Below are positions 1 to 9,878 of a stretch of DNA of 64,000 nt, in pieces. Position 1 is the first letter of the stretch; each line of letters begins with the position of its first letter. The translations under genes were made by a program, and so were the position numbers. The stretch is taken from the NCBI GenBank assembly GCA_963666985.2, contig CAXXIA010000001.1, positions 384,001 to 448,000 of the forward strand. The letters are read 5' to 3'. The notes under the pieces are model-generated. The model was not told the DNA's origin, did no database searches, and was given only the letters and a program-made list of their open reading frames with translations. The DNA comes from Spirochaetia bacterium. Its GTDB lineage: Bacteria > Spirochaetota > Spirochaetia > DSM-2461.

Positions 1-20
1 GAGTAATGGAAGATCCGACA

Positions 21-188
21 GGCTGTTGAAAAGGGCTCTCTCTTTCGCGCTGATAAAGAGTTTTGAGACTCGCCGAATCGCTGAAAGGTTCGATTTTGGG
101 AACGATTCGGTTCGTAGCCGGCGAGACACGCACCTTGCTGCCGCCGCTGCGGGCCTGATTGGAACCAAAAGGTTGTTTTTCAACAGTT
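21..188. mobile_element. Putative MITE / non-autonomous IS remnant
   Basis: Inverted repeat CTGTTGAAAA (23-32) / TTTTCAACAG (177-186) encloses ~145 bp of non-coding DNA; resembles IS5/IS1182-type ends. Confidence 0.4.
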
Positions 189-277
189 GATCATTCTCCA
201 TCGAAGTTGTTGAATAAGCCGGCGATAATATTTACAAGGACACTTCTTAAAATCATTTTCCAGGGAGCTGGGATAAA

Positions 278-1300
278 GTGAAGAAATCACAATTCAGGCA
301 ATTCTTACTCTCCCTTTTACTTCTGTTCCTGCTCATCCTTATCGGAACAGGCGGATATTATTTTATTGAAGGCTGGAGTCTGAGAGACAGCCTTTACATG
401 ACGTTTATTACAATCTCGACGGTTGGTTACGGAGAGGTTCATTCCCTAACGCCGATGGGACAGAACTTTACGATCGTCTTTCTTATTTTTAGTGTCTTTA
501 CCATTGGATACACCTTGACCAGGCTGCTGACGTTTATTTTCGAAGGGCAGATTGTCCAGACCATGAAGGAGCGCCGAATGAAGCGTTTATTATCGTTGAC
601 AAAAGAGCACACCATTATTTGCGGTTTTGGTGATATCGGGCGGGAAGTGGCCGAGGAATTTTTAAGAAATAAGATTAAGTTCGTGGTGGTGGACAAAGAG
701 TTCTCGGAATCTGATGTTGATCGTTATTCGGATGTTCTTTTCATTCAGGGTGATGCGGCGGATGAGGAAACCTTGAAAAATGCCAAAATCGAAAAGGCCA
801 GAGCTGTTGTTGCCTGTCTTCCCGACGATCAGCAGAATGTTTTCGTGGTTCTGACGGCAAGACAGATGAATCCGAATCTTCAAATTGTGACAAAGGCTTC
901 GGATGAGCGAAACATTGTTAAATTCACAAAGGCCGGCGCGGATCGGATTATCTCACCCAAACAGATTGCCGGACGGAGGCTCGCCGCCATGAGCAGCCAC
1001 CCTTCCATCGTCAATTTTCTGGAAGTCTTATCCTCCGGAGGGGATGAATCTTTACGAATCGAGTCGGTGAAGCTGGAAGCCGAATCATCACTTATTAATA
1101 AATCTCTGAAGGAAAGTAACATCGGTTCCTATACCGGGGCCATCATCATCGGTATTCTCGGTCCCGACGGCAGAACCCGTATGAATCAAACATCGCTGGC
1201 CACGCTTTCGTCTCTGATTCTTGGAGAAGGGGACGAATTGATCGCCCTGGGAAGCGAAGATCAGCTGGAGAGACTTGTTTCGTTCGCCGAAGGGCATTAG
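278..1300 (+). CDS. Potassium channel with RCK (TrkA-N/TrkA-C) domains, MthK-like
   Basis: Two TM helices around selectivity filter TVGYG; Rossmann motif ICGFGDIG; C-terminal TrkA-C. Confidence 0.9.
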   Translation: MKKSQFRQFLLSLLLLFLLILIGTGGYYFIEGWSLRDSLYMTFITISTVGYGEVHSLTPMGQNFTIVFLIFSVFTIGYTLTRLLTFIFEGQIVQTMKERRMKRLLSLTKEHTIICGFGDIGREVAEEFLRNKIKFVVVDKEFSESDVDRYSDVLFIQGDAADEETLKNAKIEKARAVVACLPDDQQNVFVVLTARQMNPNLQIVTKASDERNIVKFTKAGADRIISPKQIAGRRLAAMSSHPSIVNFLEVLSSGGDESLRIESVKLEAESSLINKSLKESNIGSYTGAIIIGILGPDGRTRMNQTSLATLSSLILGEGDELIALGSEDQLERLVSFAEGH

Positions 1301-1340
1301 GGGAAGTTCCAGCACCGCAACAAGGATTGATATCTCTCGG

Positions 1341-1691
1341 TTATTCCGGATATTTCCCATAGGCGTTTTTCCATAAATCCGCGATTTCAAAAAACTTCTG
1401 ATATCCGTGCTCTCGGATGAAATCAATCGCTTCTCTGTATTTTCGATATTTATAGCCGTTCTTGGAATGCCATTCCTTAATGGCGGAACAGGATTCGAAT
1501 TGCGGGCAGTCGGCGCAGGTATCAAGTTGTTTATCTCGGAAACAGCAGAGTTTAAGAGCGCATTTAGCCTTGTTGATGTCCCGCTCTCCGGTATCAAAGC
1601 CGATTTTGCATCCTTTACAGACTCCGGAAAGAAAAGGTTTGCAAGTTTTACAATAAGCGCCGCAGCATCCGGCGAAACGGTTTGGATTCAT
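1341..1691 (-). CDS. Cys-rich DUF3795-like protein
   Basis: GCCGAYCKTC...CKGC...CC...CADCPQF..C pattern; start overlaps the stop of the upstream helicase gene. Confidence 0.75.
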   Translation of the reverse strand: MNPNRFAGCCGAYCKTCKPFLSGVCKGCKIGFDTGERDINKAKCALKLCCFRDKQLDTCADCPQFESCSAIKEWHSKNGYKYRKYREAIDFIREHGYQKFFEIADLWKNAYGKYPE

Positions 1692-4600
1692 TGATTCCTT
1701 ACTGCAGCATCATCCAAATGATCAAACAAACTGAGTTGATTGTCCGGCTTCGACTTTCGCCGAGCATTATGCTCCTGAAGGTTTATAAGAGCTTCCTGAA
1801 TGTCTTTAAGGAAGGGGCTCTCCATTCGTGATTCATTTCTTCCGAAGATTTTCCGGTTTTGTGCCCAGGAAAGAATAACCCGCTGTTTCGCCCGAGTCAT
1901 GGCCACGTAGAGAAGCCTCTGTTCTTCTTCCACATCGGTTTTTGCATCTCCCGAGAGAGAATAAGGAAGAAGCCCGTCTTCGCATCCGGGAATGTAAACC
2001 ATGTCGAATTCGAGTCCTTTAGACGCATGGATGGTCATAAGAGAAACCGCCTGAACTCGGCTGTCATAGCGGTCAACACCCGATCCCAAACGGGCCCGAA
2101 CCGTAAAAGCCGCCGCGTCATCATCATCTTTCCAATAGACGGCCAGTTCATGGTCCATTCGATGAGCTGCTTGTGTTTCCTCGTCGGGTTCCGAATGGCC
2201 GTCTGTTGCTTCTTTGAAGCCGTCGCCGATTATAGAATCAGGTGTTTTGCGGAACTCCGCGTTGACCTCGCCGGTTTGTTTAGATTGAAGTCGGAAAAAA
2301 AGATCCACCGCCTTTCCTCGTGAAGAAGGAAGATTGCAGTTTAAAATTTTTGAGAGAGGAATGTCTTTCACTTCACCTACCGGTGAACGATCCGATCCCT
2401 TCTTATTGATGAGGATGCGAATGAAATTCAGAAACGAGCGGTAAGGTTCCTTGGCAAAGAGAGATTCGGTTTGGATAATCCGGAAGGGGATTCGATGATC
2501 CGATAAGGCCTTTTCCAAAAGCGGCATCTGCAGGGATGTTCGGCATAGGACGGCAATCTGTGAGAACGCTGTATCTCCGGAGCCCGATTCGGTAACGCCG
2601 CTGTCGAAGGAGAAAAAACCCACGCCTCCGGTGCAAACTTCAATATCACGGGCAATCTGTTCGGCTTCAAAAGCGGCGCTTGGGTTTTTCAGGATATCAA
2701 TTTTCACTCCGCCTTCCCGGCCGAAAAGCGGGAGATTTTCCGCTTTGAGAACTTGGGAAGAGGCTCTAATGACGGTGTCGGGGCAGCGGTAGCTTTGAGC
2801 CAGGGAAAACACGCGGCCTTGAGGAAAGTCCTCTTGGAATCGCCGGATAAACCCCGGAGAAGACCCGCGAAAGCCGTAAATCGATTGATTCGGATCGCCC
2901 ACGGCACAGAGTTCGGCGGTTTTCGAAAGAGTTCTGATAAGTGCGTATTGGATGGGATTGATATCCTGATATTCGTCGATGATGAGATGCCGGATTGATC
3001 TTCCGACGCTTTCGAGAATTGCCGGTCTTTTTTCGAATAGACGGACCGGCAGATAGACTAAGTCGTCAAAGTCGAAGCAGTTCCCGCGTCTGAGGATTTC
3101 CTGATATCGATGAAAACGGCCGAAATCGGTGCTCTGTTCTTCCGGAAACGGCCGGATGCCGCTTTTTACTTGGGAAGCATATTCGGTCAGTTCTTTTCTT
3201 TCTTCTCTCTTGCCGATCCCGGCCGCAGCCAGCAGCGCCGCTTTTTCCTCGTCGTCGATAATCAGAAAATTCGTATCGCGGCCCAAAAGAGGAAGAGAGG
3301 ATTGAAGAATCGTGAGGCCGAAACTGTGGAAGGTGGAAACTTTCACTCCCGATTGTTTCCGAGGGGGCCGGACCGCGGCCGATGACGCCGCCGGTCGAGG
3401 GGCTCCGGCTGTAACGGGGAGTTGTGTCTTACTCGCTGGTATGGGCGGCGCAGCGGCACTGTCGGCGGCGGAAGGTCTTGGCCGGTCGGCCGACTCGGAT
3501 GCATCGGCGGTGACTGAGGGGCCGCCGTAACCTTCAATCGGAACCTTGAGCGCGGCCAGGCGTTCCCTGAGTTCTTCGGCCGCTTTGTTGGCAAAGGTAA
3601 TGGCGACGATGCCTTCGGGATTTGTTCCGGTTGAAAGAAGAGTGCGAATTTTTTCCACCACGGTGTGTGTTTTCCCTGTTCCCGGACCGGCGATGATAAG
3701 ACTGGGACCGCCCGAATAGGAGGCGGCCGCCTCCTGCTCGGGATTCAGACCCGATGGCCAAGTTTTGCGGGCGGCGTTTTCGGTTTTGTCGGCGGAATCC
3801 TTTCCTGATGATTCAGGAGGTCGGGCGGATGCTGGGTTCTCGGCACGATCTGAGGGTTCGGAAGTTGGGGATTGGGGTGTATCTGCGTTTTGGCAGTCGG
3901 TTCCCGAGGCGGCTGCGAGGGTGTCGTCGGCGTTCTGATCGTTTGAATCGTCACATGATTCCAAAGAATCCGTTCCGCCAGGGAGAGCTGAATCAACCGT
4001 TAGGCCGGAAGTCGGGATCGTCTGAAAATCCGAAACCTCGGCTTTCTTTCTTTTTCGCTGATAGGCGGCCAGATCGAAATCAACCCAAGCGAGAGGCTCA
4101 GGGGCCTGACTCGTGTCGGCCTTTAGATCTGCGGCTGTAGGTGAGTCGAAGAGCGACGGCGTTGCTTCTGATCGCGGCGGAGGATCACCTGCGTTCCAAA
4201 TATGAATCGTTCCGTATTCTCCGTCGTAGCCTTCTTCGACGCGGACCTGCCGTCGCCGCATGCGGTCAACGGCTTCGGCCAGTTCTTCGCCTTCCGCTTG
4301 GGCGATCTCATCCTTCTCTCGATAGAGAAGAATGTCGAACTCGGCTCCGAGAGTTTTCAAACAGTTTTCGTATCGGGATTGGACCTTTTTCGATTGAGGA
4401 CCGACACCCTCAAGCTCCGCCAACAATTCCGGAAGGGGTATCAGGGAATAAAACGGATCCCGGTTGGGACGCTCGGCAACATCGGTCCTGTCGGCCAGTT
4501 GGGCCACACGGTTGAGAACTCCAATGGTAACAGGCCGTCCGCAGACCGGGCAGATTCCGCCGTTTTGAAGTGTTTCCAGGGGAGTCCAAACAACCGAGCA

Positions 4601-5464
4601 TTTACGATGTCCGTCGAAGTGATATTTCCCTTCCTGCGGAAAGAACTCAATCGTCCCCCGAAAACCCGCTTCCGCGCCTTTGGAGAGGGCCCGGATGATG
4701 TCGGGATAAGATAGTTCGGTGTCAAAGAGATTCGCCTCCCGGCCGAGTTTCTCCGGTGAGTGGGCATCCGAGTTGCTGATGATGGTGTAGGAGTCCAGGA
4801 AGGAACACATCCAGTTCATGGGAGGATCGGATGAAAGTCCGGTTTCCACCGCCGAGATGTGTTCCGATAAATCCCGGTAGCATTCTTTGATGGTGTCGAA
4901 TCCGGATTTTGATCCCAAGGCTGAAAACCAGGGGGTCCAGATATGGGCGGGAACGAAGAAAATCCGATCATCGGCTTCCAGGCAGAGTTCCAGAAGATCG
5001 CGGGAATCCAGTCCCAGAATGGGACGGCCGTCGGAGCGAATGTTGCCGCCGAGCTGTTCGATTTTTTCCTGAATCCTGAGGATGGCGGGAAAGTCCGGAG
5101 CAAAGATGACGTTATGGACCTTCCGGACCTTTTCTCCGTATTTATAGATGGAGCTGACTTCGGCGGTCAGGATGAAGCGCGTCCGTGCTTGATTCGCCTC
5201 CGGAGAGGAGGCCGTTCCGTTTTTAATCTCCGCGGAAAGATTATCAGGGATTCGATATTCGTTTTTAAGAACAAAGAGTCCCTCTTCCGCTGGAACAAGA
5301 TGTTCTTTAAGTTCCTGCGTCCAACCGGGGTGTGTGAAATCACCGGTTCCGAGGACGGCGATTCCTTTCTTTCGGGCCCAATAATCCAGTTTCTCCGGTG
5401 TGAGCTGCCGGCTGGTTGCCCGGGAGTAGTGGGAGTGAATATGAAAGTCTCCGGCAAAGCGCAT
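1688..5464 (-). CDS. Endonuclease Q (PHP)-UvrD/PcrA helicase fusion
   Basis: N-term DFHIHSHYS, PAHIWTP, SNSDAHS, Zn-finger CPVCG; C-term AGPGTGKT, IDEYQD, VGDPNQSIYGFRG, TIHASKGLEF, LYVAMTRA. Confidence 0.9.
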   Translation of the reverse strand: MRFAGDFHIHSHYSRATSRQLTPEKLDYWARKKGIAVLGTGDFTHPGWTQELKEHLVPAEEGLFVLKNEYRIPDNLSAEIKNGTASSPEANQARTRFILTAEVSSIYKYGEKVRKVHNVIFAPDFPAILRIQEKIEQLGGNIRSDGRPILGLDSRDLLELCLEADDRIFFVPAHIWTPWFSALGSKSGFDTIKECYRDLSEHISAVETGLSSDPPMNWMCSFLDSYTIISNSDAHSPEKLGREANLFDTELSYPDIIRALSKGAEAGFRGTIEFFPQEGKYHFDGHRKCSVVWTPLETLQNGGICPVCGRPVTIGVLNRVAQLADRTDVAERPNRDPFYSLIPLPELLAELEGVGPQSKKVQSRYENCLKTLGAEFDILLYREKDEIAQAEGEELAEAVDRMRRRQVRVEEGYDGEYGTIHIWNAGDPPPRSEATPSLFDSPTAADLKADTSQAPEPLAWVDFDLAAYQRKRKKAEVSDFQTIPTSGLTVDSALPGGTDSLESCDDSNDQNADDTLAAASGTDCQNADTPQSPTSEPSDRAENPASARPPESSGKDSADKTENAARKTWPSGLNPEQEAAASYSGGPSLIIAGPGTGKTHTVVEKIRTLLSTGTNPEGIVAITFANKAAEELRERLAALKVPIEGYGGPSVTADASESADRPRPSAADSAAAPPIPASKTQLPVTAGAPRPAASSAAVRPPRKQSGVKVSTFHSFGLTILQSSLPLLGRDTNFLIIDDEEKAALLAAAGIGKREERKELTEYASQVKSGIRPFPEEQSTDFGRFHRYQEILRRGNCFDFDDLVYLPVRLFEKRPAILESVGRSIRHLIIDEYQDINPIQYALIRTLSKTAELCAVGDPNQSIYGFRGSSPGFIRRFQEDFPQGRVFSLAQSYRCPDTVIRASSQVLKAENLPLFGREGGVKIDILKNPSAAFEAEQIARDIEVCTGGVGFFSFDSGVTESGSGDTAFSQIAVLCRTSLQMPLLEKALSDHRIPFRIIQTESLFAKEPYRSFLNFIRILINKKGSDRSPVGEVKDIPLSKILNCNLPSSRGKAVDLFFRLQSKQTGEVNAEFRKTPDSIIGDGFKEATDGHSEPDEETQAAHRMDHELAVYWKDDDDAAAFTVRARLGSGVDRYDSRVQAVSLMTIHASKGLEFDMVYIPGCEDGLLPYSLSGDAKTDVEEEQRLLYVAMTRAKQRVILSWAQNRKIFGRNESRMESPFLKDIQEALINLQEHNARRKSKPDNQLSLFDHLDDAAVRNQ

Positions 5465-5750
5465 GGTTAACTATACCGAATATTTTTCGGCTGGAGAACG
5501 TGAACTTTTTCCGGGATTGTTTTTGTATTTTACCATTGCCGACTTTAATCCTTTTTAGAAGATTTCGGGTACCGGCCCAATGCTTGTATATGATCATTCC
5601 CTAAGGCTTTCTCTCCTTGGTTTTTGAAATAGGTCTTTTTGAGTAATTTCGATAAAAATTTCACGTAATGAAGTTTCCATGCTAAAATTGACAGTCGTCC
5701 GGAGGGATGAAATTGTCTCATGGGGAGGTGCTTTCTTGGCTGATTATGCG

Positions 5751-7019
5751 ATGAGATTGTCCGATGACGAGCGATCTGTTTTAGCCGGAGATAAAGGTGA
5801 AACACTGCGCAAGGCACTGGAAACGGTGGTTCGGTATGGAGAGGTTTTCGGTGCCGATTCTCTGGCGGATGTCGAAAAACCGGTTCATCTGGTCACGTCG
5901 TTCGGTGTACCGCTTTTAAAACCGGTCTTTTCCCTAATGGATGAGTTGATTGAAAACGGATTAAAGACCGCCTATCCCTTTACCGCGGATCCGCGTCCCG
6001 ATTTTTCAAACGTGCCCGCAAATCCGCTGGAAAAACTGATCTTCGGTAAAATCATGTACGGGAAACAGTCCGAATATGAGGAACAGCTGAGAAAAACGGG
6101 CTTGGCTTCCGATGATGCGTTTACCTGCACTTGCTACATGGACGAGGTGGGGAATATCCCTTCTGAGGGAGACATCCTGGCCTGGGCGGAGTCCTCGGCC
6201 GTTGTGTATGCCAATTCGGTTCTCGGAGCCAGAACAAATCGGAATTCAGGAGTACTGGAACTCTTAAGCGGCATCACCGGGAAAACGCCCGTCTTCGGAT
6301 TTCTTAGCGATGAAGGCCGCCGCGCCGACTGGCTGATTCAAGTAAAAACAACCAAGACTCCGGAAGCTCAAGTACTCGGATCGGCCATCGGCATGAAGGT
6401 GATGGAGGATGTTCCCTACATCAAGGGGCTGGACGGATTTCTCGGAAAGGAACTGAACTCCGAGGTAAAGGATTATCTGAAAGATATGGGAGCGGCGACG
6501 GCCTCCAATGGGGCGGTGGGTTTGTACCATGTGGAAAAGCTGACTCCGGAAGCGGTGAAAGGCGGAGAATCCTTGCTGAAAAAAGACTATCGGACCTATG
6601 TCGTCGATGATGCCGAGCTGGAGCGTGTAAAGAACGCCTACCCGGTGATGTGGAAGAATAAAGAAGCGAAGCCGAAGGTCTGTTTTATCGGTTGTCCGCA
6701 TCTTTCCTACAATCAGCTGATCCGCTGGACGGATGAAATCGTCGGCGCTTTGAAGAAATCCGGACGGAAAAAAGTCGCTGTCCGAACCGTCATGACCGCC
6801 GCGCCGGCCGTTATTGAACGGTTTAAAACCAATAAAGACTTTTATGCACGACTGACGGCGACGGGAGTCCGACTAAGTCCTGTTTGCCCGCTGATGTATA
6901 TGAACAACCCGCTTTGCGCGAAAAAGCCGGTAATCACCAATTCCAACAAATTGAGAACCTACACCACCAGCCGGTACTATACCGATTCGGAGATTCTCAA
7001 ATGCCTGGCAAGGAGATGA
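5751..7019 (+). CDS. Aconitase X catalytic subunit (DUF521)
   Basis: Motifs TCTCY, WAESSA, NSVLGARTNR, GCPH, TNSNK; start uncertain (ORF open from 5679). Confidence 0.85.
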   Translation: MRLSDDERSVLAGDKGETLRKALETVVRYGEVFGADSLADVEKPVHLVTSFGVPLLKPVFSLMDELIENGLKTAYPFTADPRPDFSNVPANPLEKLIFGKIMYGKQSEYEEQLRKTGLASDDAFTCTCYMDEVGNIPSEGDILAWAESSAVVYANSVLGARTNRNSGVLELLSGITGKTPVFGFLSDEGRRADWLIQVKTTKTPEAQVLGSAIGMKVMEDVPYIKGLDGFLGKELNSEVKDYLKDMGAATASNGAVGLYHVEKLTPEAVKGGESLLKKDYRTYVVDDAELERVKNAYPVMWKNKEAKPKVCFIGCPHLSYNQLIRWTDEIVGALKKSGRKKVAVRTVMTAAPAVIERFKTNKDFYARLTATGVRLSPVCPLMYMNNPLCAKKPVITNSNKLRTYTTSRYYTDSEILKCLARR

Positions 7020-7021
7020 AG

Positions 7022-7465
7022 ATGGAGTTTCAAGGACGGGTCATATTAGGCGGGGAATGTACCCTGGAAGCGGTGGTGACAAAACAGGGATTCAATACAC
7101 TGGCTTCCTGCCAAAAATCGGCCATGGCCAAAAAAGATCGGATTCTCTGCTCGGATCAGAACAATCCTGATTTGTTTAACAAAAACATCACCGGAAAAGC
7201 ACTCTGTCTTCCGAAAACCATCGGCTCCACAACCGGAGGAATGGTTCTGCAGACCGTCGCGGATATGGGGATTGCCCCCGCGGCCATGCTGTTCTCCGAA
7301 AGCATCGATTCTCTGGCGGCCAGCGGAGTGATTCTGGCCGATATCTGGAACAAGCATACCATCATTACCATCGACAGACTGGGTGCGGATTTCCTCGATG
7401 CCGTGCGGAGCGGAATGAATCTGGAAATTAAAAAAGACGGGACCGTCATATTAAAGGAGAACTGA
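7022..7465 (+). CDS. Aconitase X swivel/small subunit (DUF126)
   Basis: GKALCLPKTIGSTTGG motif; SD AGGAG at 7011; directly follows the DUF521 gene. Confidence 0.85.
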   Translation: MEFQGRVILGGECTLEAVVTKQGFNTLASCQKSAMAKKDRILCSDQNNPDLFNKNITGKALCLPKTIGSTTGGMVLQTVADMGIAPAAMLFSESIDSLAASGVILADIWNKHTIITIDRLGADFLDAVRSGMNLEIKKDGTVILKEN

Positions 7466-7469
7466 AAAC

Positions 7470-9737
7470 ATGAATTATCAGCAGCGCGTTAAAGAACTTG
7501 TAGACGGATTAGGAACCTGGTATGAGGATGAGTCGGCTCTGGCCTCCGGTAAAATGACGGCGAATCTCCATCCCTATACCTCCATGTTTTCTCCCCTGCA
7601 GATTAACCGTCTGAAAGTGAAGAACCGATTGGTGATGGGGCCGATGGGAAACATCAGCATGGCCGACGAGACGGGGCGTCCGGCGAAGAAGATGATTGAA
7701 TATTTCGTGCGGCGGGCCGAAGGCGGAGTGGGGCTTATTACCTCCGGTTTGGTCCCCATCAGTCACGGAGTCGATCCCACCGTTACGGAACTCGGAGACC
7801 GTTCTTATTTTCCCCGGATCGATAAAAGCCGGTCTGTGTTCGCCGGATGGCGCGACATCGCCGAGCGGTGTCACGGATACGGTACGGCATTCTTCATCCA
7901 GCTTACCCCGGGACTCGGTCGCGTGGGCTCTCCCGAATGCATGATTAATAAAATGAAATTCCCGATTTCGGCCTCCTGGAATCCGAACTTTTACATTCCC
8001 GGTCTGCCGTGCAAGCCGATTCCGGGAAGGGATGCCTGGAAAATCATCAAGAAAGCGGGACAGGCGGCCGCCGATGCCAAGTCCCTGAATATCGACGGTG
8101 TGTATCTGCACGGGCATGAAGGTTATTTCCTGGAACAGATGACCAATCCGGCCTTCAACCGCCGCAAGATGGGTAAGTTCGCCGACTGGAAGGCCTTCGG
8201 TATTGAAATCGTGAAAGAGCTTCGCAGGCGCACAGGTCCCGGCTACCCGATTATGTACCGCATCGATCTGTCTCTGGTCTTAAATGAAACATACAAAGAG
8301 CGGATGAGTACGGTTAAGTCGCTGAAAAAGTTTAAAAATGAGCGAACGGTTGAAATGACTCTGGACTACATGAAAGATCTTGTGGCCGCCGGAGTGGATC
8401 TTTTCGATGTTGATCTCGGATGCTATGACAATTGGTGGCTTCCTCATCCTCCCGGTCCCATGCCTCCCGGATGTTTTCTGGAGGTTTCCCGGATTGTCAA
8501 AGAGTATTTCAGAGAACATAAAATCATCTCCAACGCCGGTGTGGAAGTTCCCATTGTGGCCGTGGGCAAACTCGGTTATCCGGATACTTCCGAGAAGGCG
8601 CTCCGAGACGGCAAATGCGACATGATTATGCTCGGGCGTCCGCTTCTGGCCGATCCTGATTGGCCGAAGAAAGCCTATTCGGGGAAAGTGGATGAGATTG
8701 CCACATGCATCGGCGATCAGGAAGGCTGCATCAATGAGTTCGTTGAAGGCGGCCATCCCCAATGCGCCATCAATCCGGTTACCGGATTTGAAGATGTGTA
8801 TAACGGCAGCGAATTGCAGAGAGCTCCTGTCGGCCGGAAGGTGGCCGTCATTGGGGCCGGGCCTGCCGGTGTTATGGCCGCTTTAACCGCCGCCCGCCGG
8901 GGGCATGATGTAACCCTTTTTGAAAAATCGGGGAGAATCGGCGGTATGCTCAATCCCGGATCGCGCCCGAAAATCAAGTTTGATATCGCCAACTACATCG
9001 CCTATCTGAAACGGCAAATTGAACTGGTATCGGCGGAATACTCGTTGAAGCTGGTTTTGAATTCCGCCCCCTCTCCTGCGGAATTGAAGTCTCAAGGATG
9101 GGATGTCATTATCGTCTCAACCGGAACCGTTCAGAAGAAACCGCCTGTAAACGGCATTGATTCGGAGAATGTGGTTTCGGCCATCGACTTATTGAATAAT
9201 CCGGAACTGGCGGATCAGGCGAAAAAGATCGTGGTTGTCGGCGGCGGTGTTGTGGGCTGTGAAACGGCTTACTTCCTGCGCCACGAGATGAAAAAGGATG
9301 TTCAGATTGTGGAAATGCTGCCTGAAATCATGAAGGGAGTCTGCACCGCCAACAGGGGTTATTTGATTCACTATCTGGAAGAACTGAATGTTCCTCTTCA
9401 TAACTGTACCAGCCTGAAAGAAGTAAAAGCCGGCAAGGCGGTTCTTCTGAAGAACGTTTCGAAAACCGTTCCCGATCCGTATGTCACCTGGACTCCGCTT
9501 CTTCCTGAGAATATCGAGAATCCTTTCGCTAAAAAGATAAAACCGGAGACTCAGGAAATCGAAGTGGAGGCCGATTTGGTGGTTTTGGCCGTCGGTTCGG
9601 TACCGGATGATTCATTCTTCTATGAATGCCAGAGCATTAATGCGGCATCCGAGCTGTACAACATCGGAGATTGCTATCATGCCGGACGGGTGTTCGAAGC
9701 GGTGAAATCCGCCTACCAGGCGGGAATATCCTGCTGA
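7470..9737 (+). CDS. NADH:flavin oxidoreductase (OYE / enoate-reductase-like, Fe-S)
   Basis: FMN barrel (KNRLVMGPM, YLHGHEGY, GRPLLADPDW), CIGDQEGC..CAINP cluster motif, two Rossmann motifs (GAGPAG, GGGVVG). Confidence 0.9.
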   Translation: MNYQQRVKELVDGLGTWYEDESALASGKMTANLHPYTSMFSPLQINRLKVKNRLVMGPMGNISMADETGRPAKKMIEYFVRRAEGGVGLITSGLVPISHGVDPTVTELGDRSYFPRIDKSRSVFAGWRDIAERCHGYGTAFFIQLTPGLGRVGSPECMINKMKFPISASWNPNFYIPGLPCKPIPGRDAWKIIKKAGQAAADAKSLNIDGVYLHGHEGYFLEQMTNPAFNRRKMGKFADWKAFGIEIVKELRRRTGPGYPIMYRIDLSLVLNETYKERMSTVKSLKKFKNERTVEMTLDYMKDLVAAGVDLFDVDLGCYDNWWLPHPPGPMPPGCFLEVSRIVKEYFREHKIISNAGVEVPIVAVGKLGYPDTSEKALRDGKCDMIMLGRPLLADPDWPKKAYSGKVDEIATCIGDQEGCINEFVEGGHPQCAINPVTGFEDVYNGSELQRAPVGRKVAVIGAGPAGVMAALTAARRGHDVTLFEKSGRIGGMLNPGSRPKIKFDIANYIAYLKRQIELVSAEYSLKLVLNSAPSPAELKSQGWDVIIVSTGTVQKKPPVNGIDSENVVSAIDLLNNPELADQAKKIVVVGGGVVGCETAYFLRHEMKKDVQIVEMLPEIMKGVCTANRGYLIHYLEELNVPLHNCTSLKEVKAGKAVLLKNVSKTVPDPYVTWTPLLPENIENPFAKKIKPETQEIEVEADLVVLAVGSVPDDSFFYECQSINAASELYNIGDCYHAGRVFEAVKSAYQAGISC

Positions 9738-9878
9738 TTCGCCGATGAGCCGATGCGCCGACGTGGGCCGGCGGCCGTTTTACTTAAAGCTGTCGTCGGC
9801 CTTTCCGGAACTCCCGATTCGGCGGCCTCTGGTGTTTCACCGAACCAGAGTTCATACTGAAACGGCGGGAGAGTGACG

